Assembly (NCBI RefSeq): GCF_009914755.1
Contig: NC_060926.1
Source of the DNA: the human T2T-CHM13v2.0 reference genome, Homo sapiens
DNA: 64,000 nucleotides
Strand: one strand, 5' to 3'
Shown here: positions 56,688-64,000 of the stretch, in pieces
Numbering within the stretch: position 1 is the stretch's first letter
Layout: each line of letters begins with the position of its first letter
The notes under the pieces: generated by a model
The model's input: only the letters and a program-made list of their open reading frames with translations
The model's database searches: none
What the model was told of the DNA's origin: nothing
Position numbers and translations under genes: made by a program

Positions 56688-58604
56688 CTTAGTTACCACC
56701 TCCTTAGCTTTAGCCTTCCCCACAGACCTAAGCAACCACGAATTTACTTTGTCTCCATAGATTTCCCTGTTTTGAACCTTTTATATGAATGGAATTACGT
56801 AATATACAGCCTTCTGTGTCCAGCTTTTTCCACTCAGTATAATGCTTTCAGGGTTCATCCATGTTGTAGCATGTATTGATACTTCATTCTTTTTTATGGT
56901 GGAATAATACTCCATTGTATGGACAGACCACATTTGGTTTATCCATTTGTCAGGTGATGAACATTTGGATTTCTAGAAATCCTTGTGGGTGTGAAGTGGT
57001 ATCTCCTTGTGGTTTTGATTTGTGTTTCCCTGACGACAAGTGATACTGAGTATCTGTTCATGTGCTTACAGGCAATTTGTATTTCTGGTTTGGAGAAATG
57101 TCTACTTAATCTTCTTAACTCATTTTAAAATTGGGTTATTTGTCTTTATTATTGAGTTAGAAGAGTTCTTTATGTATTCTGAATACAAGTCTTTTATCAG
57201 ACATGTTATTTGTAAGTATTTTCTCCAGTTCACTGAGTTATTTTTACTTTCTTGATGGTGTCCTTTGAAGCACAAAAGGTATCAATTTTGATGATATGAG
57301 GGAGAAAAACATCAAGTCTTTCACAGTCAAGTATGAACTTAGCTGTAAGTTTTTTGTAGATGCACTTTATTAAGTGAGGAAGTTCTCTTCTGTTTTCTAG
57401 TTTGTTGAGTGTTTTTTTTTTAATCGTGAAAATGTGTTGAATTTTGTCAAAAGCCTTTTCTGGTTCTATTGAGAATATTATATGACTTTTGTTTTTTATT
57501 TTATTGATATGATGTATTATATTCATTTATTTTCAGATGTTGAACCAAGCTTGCATTTCTGGGACAAATCCCACTTGGCCATGGGTGTATGTGTAACTCT
57601 TTTTATATGTTGCAGACTTAGTTTGCTAGTATGTTGCTGAGAATTTTTTTGTTTATATTCATATGAGATATTGGTCTGTAGTTTTCTTGTAATGTCTTTT
57701 CTGGTTTTGGCATCAGGGTAATAGTGACCTCATAAAATGAGTTAAGAAATGTTCCTGCGGTTTTTCTGTTTTTTGGAAGAGTCGTGAAGAATTCATATTA
57801 ATTTTTTAAATGTTTGGCAGAATTCAGTGATAAAGCTTGGGTGGGCCTGGACTTTTCTTTCTGGGTAATTTTTGAATTACTAGTTCAATCTCTTCACTTG
57901 TTATAAGTCTATTCACATTGTCTTCTTGAGTCAGCTTCAGTAGTTTGTGTCTTTCTAGGGATTTGTCCATTTCATCTAAGTTATACAATTTGTTGGTGTA
58001 TAATTGTTCATGGTGTTCCTTTACAACACTTTCTATTTCTTCAGGGTCCTTAGTTATGTCCCCATTTTCATTTCTGATTCTAGTCATTTGAGTCATTCCT
58101 CTTTTTTCTTAGTCAGTCTAGCTAAAGGTTGGTCAGTTTTGTTGACCTTTTCAAAGAACCAGCTTTTAGGTTTCATTGATTTTCTCCACTGGTTTTCTCT
58201 TCCCTGTTTCTCTTATTTCTGCTCTAATCTTTATTATTTCCTTCCTTCTGCTTGTTTTCAGTTGGGTTGGCTCTTATTTTTCTTATTTTCTTAGGGATTA
58301 TCTACCACTGGGGTTTGCAAGTGGAACGTTAGATTATTTATTTCAGATCTTTGTTCTTTTGTGATCTAGCATTTATAGCTAGACATTTCCCTCTAAGCAC
58401 TGCTTTAGTGGCATCCTGTAAGTTTTGGTATGTTGTGGTTTTGTTTCACTCAGTTCAAAGTATTTTCTAGTTTCCCTTGTGATTTTTTTCTTTGAACCAT
58501 TGGTTATTTAGGAGTGCATTGTTTATTTTCTTCAGTTGGTTTCCTCCAGAGCATTGCAGCCTTTCCTGACTTCTGAGTGACTTTTTTCTTTTAAAAGATA
58601 AGAA

Positions 58605-58902
58605 TGGCAGATTAAAGATGGCCACAACTTCTTTGACAGTCCTCTCTTCAAGAGTTGGGGTCTATGGTTCCCTTCCCTTGGAATTTAGACAGGCTCTATG
58701 ACTGTTTTGATCAATGGAATGCAGGAGACTTGATACTGCATGACTTCTAAGGCTAGACTGAAGAAACTTTGGTGCTTTTACTTTGGTATCTTAGTGCTCA
58801 CTTGAAAGGGGATGAGGGTAGGCAGCCATTATGTGAGAAGTCCAACTACCTTGAGGCCACAATTCTATGATGAACCCAAGCTAGCCATGTCAAGAAGCCA
58901 CT

Positions 58903-58944
<42 letters not shown>

Positions 58945-59542
58945 TGTCCAGACCCTAGCTATTCCACCCATATCATCCCGGGTGCTAGGATCACTAGACC
59001 GGCAGTAAAAGAAGTCACCTTGGTAATTTCTGTCACATCAAAGCTCTTGCTTCATCTAAACATCCATCCAGAGCTACAGGACTGGGAGACTTGTCGGGAA
59101 AGAACTGCATTGTTGGAGGTTCAGGAAGGACTGATGTAAACCAGTAAATTGTTTCCCCAGAATCCTGCAGGATTTCATGGAATTAAATACCCTCACAGAC
59201 TCAGAAGGTTCAAATGGAAACATAAACAGTTCATCATACATACTTGATGGGATAATGGTTAGCTTCTTTTAAAAATGCACCAAATCTACATAAGTTACTG
59301 AGAATCCCCAGAGGATGCCATGTCAAGAAGAATCAAGGCCCACACATGTGACACGAGTTGAGCTGTCCCTGCTATCTCCTATTTCAGCAGAATGAGTCTG
59401 CCAACATGGTAGGGCAGAGACAAGCTTTCCTCTCTGTGCCTGCCCTGACTCCTGACCTGTAGAATTGTGAGCATAAATAAAATGGCTTTTATATTGCTAA
59501 GTTTTAAGATGGTTTGTTACCCAGCAAATAGAAACTGGAACA
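58605..59542 (+). mobile_element. MLT1G/H-like LTR containing (GA)n and a 280-bp foreign insert
   Basis: GGCAGATTAAAGATGGCCACAAC...GGTTTGTTACCCAGCAAATAGAAACTGGAACA. Confidence 0.75.
59028..59307 (+). repeat. Local duplicate copy A of 60407-60697
   Basis: Shared TCACATCAAAGCTCTTGCTTCATCTAA, CAGAATCCTGCAGGATTTCA, TACTTGATGGGATAATGGTTAGCT, TACTGAGAATCC. Confidence 0.95.
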
Positions 59543-60406
59543 GTGTATTTGTCCCATTTATATTTATTGTTATAATTACCAATTGACTTCAATTTCAGGT
59601 GCTTCAGTTTCTTCATGTGTAAAATGGAAATAAGACTATTAATTCAATTTAAGGATTAGGTAAGATTATGTACAGTACTTGCATATATATTTATATGATT
59701 TATATAAACATTTATATAAATATGTGCTTTATGTATATAAATAAACATATATACATATATAAGGTACTTAAAAAGTTAGATGAAAAAGATATCTACATGT
59801 CTAAATTTTTACATGTTTTCTTTCATTGACTTGAGAATATGAGAACAGTTTTTGTCTCCACTTTAATTTCTTGCCATGTTCTGAAGTGCTCTCTTTATCT
59901 GCTTTTTTACTTTGCTGTATTTTCATTTTGAAGTTTTGTATAGCTTAAGGTGCTGGAATTCTTTTATTTACTCATCTTGGAGTGACGGGAGTTTCATATG
60001 GGTTTTCCATTTGCCCCAAACTAGAGAGAGCAAAAGTCCTTGTCCTGTATGCCTGGGCCCCGCGGCTCCTTTTAGTCCGGACTTCGTTCTCTGTGCACCC
60101 CCACAGCGGGTTTGCTCTAGGGTGTCTGTCATGAGCTGGTGGTTTTTGGTGATTTCAGCATCCTTGAACTTTTCTTTATTTTTGGTAGTAGTGGGTAAGA
60201 GGGAGTATGTTCTGTGGTGCGATTTGTGTAAGAATGTATGACATGTTGGTAAGTGTGCAGCATTATGCCATTTTTCTTTCTTTCTTTCGCCATCCAGGGT
60301 GAAACAAAACCCTGCCTCAGCCCTGGAATTTACCGGAGCTCGTTTATGGGAAATCTCCTTGGTCCCTTCAAGGGGCAGCTGTGTCTGTTGGCTCAAGCGA
60401 CAGCAC

Positions 60407-60697
60407 TTCTCTCACATCAAAGCTCTTGCTTCATCTAAGCGTCCGCCCTGCTACGGGGGTGGGAGGCTCATCGGGAAAGAATTCTCGTTTTGTCAGAGGT
60501 TTGGGAAGGACTGACGTGAATCAATAGACTGTTTCCTCAGAATCCTGCAGGATTTCAGTGGTTTCCACAGAATTAAATACCATCTTAGACTCAGGGGGTT
60601 TAAATGGAAACATACACACTTCGTCCGATGTACTTGATGGGATAATGGTTAGCTCCTTTTAAAAACGCACCAAACCTACAGAAGCTACTGAGAATCC
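60407..60697 (+). repeat. Local duplicate copy B (probable source)
   Basis: Same colinear blocks as 59028-59307. Confidence 0.95.
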
Positions 60698-61969
60698 AGC
60701 AGGGGTCATCTCAGTTCCTGGAGAGGAGAGGTGGGAAGCTTGTTTTAATTAGACTTGGACTTGCTGTCATACACATGTCTGCATCTGATTTTCACTCTGA
60801 GCACTTCCGCCTCCCCAGGCAAACGGAGGGTCGGAACGCTTGATGTGAGAACACATTTCACGCACACGCTGGTGTATTTACTTACACAGACACGCACTGC
60901 ACACACATGCAGACCTACATGCTTTCCTGGGCTCGTCATGTGGGGGGCACATTGCAGCTCCTCCTCCCACTCTGCTCTTTGTGGAGAGCTGGGTCGTCTT
61001 GCTATTTATTTTTACACAGAGGAATTCATCAATCAAACATCCAACTTTGAGATCCGGCCTATCAGGAACTATTCCTGCAATGCCAACTCAGCGCTTTCAT
61101 CTCCACCCTTGGCCTCGTTGTGCTATTTGGACAAAGATCCTGTAGCCTTTCTTATCCAGAGGGAGCAAAGGAGAAGTTGGGGTGTTCTTACCGTCCTGTG
61201 GAGACCCTGCTGCTCAGGGGTTGGATCTGCTCTCTGGAGGTGCCCCCTCACCCCCCTCCCACCCAGGGACTCTGCACCGGCCGTGGTGGTTGGGCCACTA
61301 AACCTGGAGGTTCTTGGGGATTATCTACCACTGGAGTCTGTGTTCAGTTTTCAGTGCTGGGTCCCTGGTGATCTGTTGGAGATCACAGAGCCCCTCCCTG
61401 GAGGTTTGTGCACACACCTCCTCACACGTGCGTGCACACGCTACTTCTGGTACATGGGCAGTGCTGGTCTGGCCTTGCTGTTAAAGGCCGAGAAGCCAAG
61501 GCCCAGGGTGGGTATGTCAGTCTGTTGGTGCTTAGTGATGTGGCCTGGACTGGAAGCCAGCTGGCCAGGCACCTGTATACCCTGCCTTTTGCATGCTGGG
61601 GCCGCTGTCTCTTAGCCCTGGCTTTCCTTCTTACCTTGAATGAGTCTTTCCTTGCTGCCATTTCAAGAGGCCTGGCTTGGCACCCAGTGAGGGTTGGCTG
61701 GGCCCCTGGCAAAAGCTTGTGGGGAGGCTTTACTCAGGCCAGGTTTGACCGGTCCCAGGGGTCCCACCCACCCCACCTCACAGAACTCTCACTCACCTGT
61801 GACCCTGCCGTCTGGGGGCCCAGCCACCGGCAACCCTGGGCCACAGAGGCGACCCCAGCAGCAGGCACTGCTCTCCCTGTGGTCCTCCTCCTTGGAACCT
61901 GCCCTCCCTCAGTGGAATTCACAGGGATATACACATTTTTAGGCTCTTCTTGGGGGTGAGGCTGTGTAC

Positions 61970-62100
61970 CAGGTAGTCATATGGCCTCCTTTAATTCTCA
62001 ACATAACCATTTGGGGAAACTCAGGCTCAGACAAGCTAAATGACATGGCCAAGTTGATACAAGTCTAAATAATATAGCCAGGCCTGGAGCTCCAGCACAC
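61970..62100 (-). mobile_element. MIR fragment
   Basis: GGGGAAACTCAGGCTCAGACAAGCTAAATGACATGGCCAAG. Confidence 0.7.
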
Positions 62101-62489
62101 TTGCTCCCCCTTCTCTATTCTGTGTTTGAAAAGACACAAAGCAGGGACTTTGTGTCACACCGCCCTGCACCCTGATCACAGGGGGAGAAGAGAGGCAGGG
62201 TCTCCTTGCTGTGACTCCCAGAGAGAGGTGGGGGAAGCTTGCCATTCCCCGGAACTTCCCAGCCTGTACAACCATGGGCTAAAGAAACCTGTTTTTTTTT
62301 TAAATAATAAATTATCCAACACCCATTCTAGCAACACCCAACAGACCATATAGATGGGAAGGCGAATTACAATGGAAACAAACAAACAAACAAACAAAAG
62401 AAGCAAATAGCTATTAGCAAAACTGTCCATAAATGAGATGGGCTGACTCAGAGAGTTGCATGTTCTCTGTCACAGGAAGACCACTTGAG

Positions 62490-63503
62490 AGTGATGATGG
62501 TTATGGTGGTGATGGTGATGGTGATGACAGTGATGTGGTGGTGATGGTGATTATGGTGGTGATGGTGACAGTGGTGGTGATGGTGATGGTGATGATGGTG
62601 GTGATGGTGATGAAGGTGATGTGATTGTGATTATGGTGGTGATGGTGATGGTGACGGTCATGGTGATGATGGTGATGGTGGTGATGGTGATGATGGTGAT
62701 GGTGATGATGGTGGTAATAATGATGGTGGTAGTGGTGATGGTGGTTGTGATGATAGTGATGATGGTGGTGGTGATGGTGGTGGTGATGGTGGTGATGGTG
62801 ATGATGGTGATAATGATGGTGATGATGGCAGTGATGGTGATTATAGTGATGACAGTGATGGTGGTGGTGATAATAGTGATGGTGGTTGTGATGATAGTGA
62901 TGATGGTAGTAATGATGGTGGTGGTGATGGTGATGATGGTGGTGATGGTGATGGTGGTGATGGCAGTGATGATGATGGTGATGGTGACAGTGAAAGTGAC
63001 GGTGATGATGGTGGTGATGGTGATTATGGTGGTGATGTGATGGTGGTGGTGATGGTGATTATGGTGGTGATGGTGATGGTGGTGATGGTGATGGTGACAG
63101 TGATGGTGATGGTGGTGATGGTGATGGTGGTAATAGTGATGGTGGTGATGGTGATGGTGGTGATGGCAGTGATGATGGTGATGGTGGTGATGGTGATGGT
63201 GACAGTGATGGTGATGGTGGTGATGGTGGTGGTAATAGTGATGGTGGTGGTGATGACAGTGGTTGTGATGATAGCGATGGTGGTGATGATGGTGTTGGTG
63301 ATGATGATGGTAATGGTGATGGTGGTGGTGATGAAGGTGATGGTGATAGTGATGGCGATGATGGTGGTGATGGTGATGGTGATGGTGAGAGTGATGGTGT
63401 TGGTGATGGTGACAGTGATGGTGTTGGTGATGGTAACAGTGATGGTGATGTGATTATGATAGTGATGGTAGTGGTGATGATAGTGATGGTGGTGGTGATG
63501 ATG
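62490..63503 (+). repeat. ~1-kb (GAT/GGT)n trinucleotide-based simple repeat
   Basis: Directly visible GATGGT/GGTGAT array. Confidence 0.97.
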
Positions 63504-64000
63504 AACTTAAACATTCTTAACATCCTTAATGTTCATGTTATTTTAACAATGAACAAAGCATTCCTTTCCATACCCAACTGATACTTGCACCAGCCCTTTG
63601 TGGGTGTGCTCATGTGTGTTAACATCCAGCAGAGTGAATGAGGCTGAAAGATATGGTCACTGGTGTACCAGAGGCAGAGTCAGACTTGGCTCAGGCCTTT
63701 CACTCCCAGCCCAGGGCTTTGTCCCCCTTGATCTGAGAGTGGCAGCACCTTGTGCAAACCAAAGGCATCTGGAAAGGCTTTTTCTGTGGATCCCACTGCA
63801 CAGGCCTGTGGCTCGGGAAAATGTGGCCACAGCCTGCACCCTCAGGCCTGGGACAATGTGGGGTGAGGAGCGGGTTTGCAGGAGCACGGTGTGGGCAAGA
63901 GTGTTTCCGTGGTGGGAGCCTGTGGTCGTGTATCTTGAGACCTTCCCCTCCCACAGTAGCAGCAGGGGGACAGGTGACGCTGTTTCCCCAGGATGGGCCA

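Larger units (their letters stand above)
55415..58530 (-). mobile_element. L1MB-type 3' end/ORF2 fragments interrupted by MLT1A and LTR17
   Basis: ORFs 57230-57526 (IIHHINKIKNKSHII.SI..EKAFDKIQH) and 57824-58096 (IRNENGDIT.DP.EI...KSPGP) are L1 ORF2. Confidence 0.92.

Noticed and set aside
60755-61959. 286-aa and 183-aa + strand ORFs
   Set aside because: Non-ATG starts, no recognisable homology, composition typical of chance ORFs
62433-63523. Met/Val-rich and Ser/Pro-rich ORFs
   Set aside because: Translations of the (GAT/GGT)n simple repeat

Overview
Primate genomic DNA, almost certainly human: it carries an AluYa5 with all five diagnostic changes. The window is non-coding, and I recognise no protein-coding gene, tRNA, rRNA or CRISPR array. 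By eye, more than half is interspersed repeat: about 21 Alus, long minus-strand L1 fragments, MaLR/ERV LTRs, MIR/L2 and MER DNA transposons. There are also three large simple-sequence arrays (CA-rich ~27.1-29.2 kb, GTGCATGAGT-like ~44.2-44.6 kb, GATGGT ~62.5-63.5 kb). Most notable items: (i) a fossil autonomous hAT transposase (BED finger, DDE motifs) ending in a MER30-type terminus, Charlie12-like, ~24.0-26.5 kb; (ii) a full-length HERV-W LTR17 solo LTR with a perfect 4-bp TSD; (iii) a young AluYa5; (iv) two locally templated insertions near 58-61 kb, one showing copy-specific CpG retention; (v) candidate unannotated exons on both strands, including a minus-strand terminal exon with a short acidic ORF. 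Repeat family names come from my recollection of consensus sequences, not a database search, and old-element boundaries are approximate. I found no convincing evidence of a wholly new biological system.
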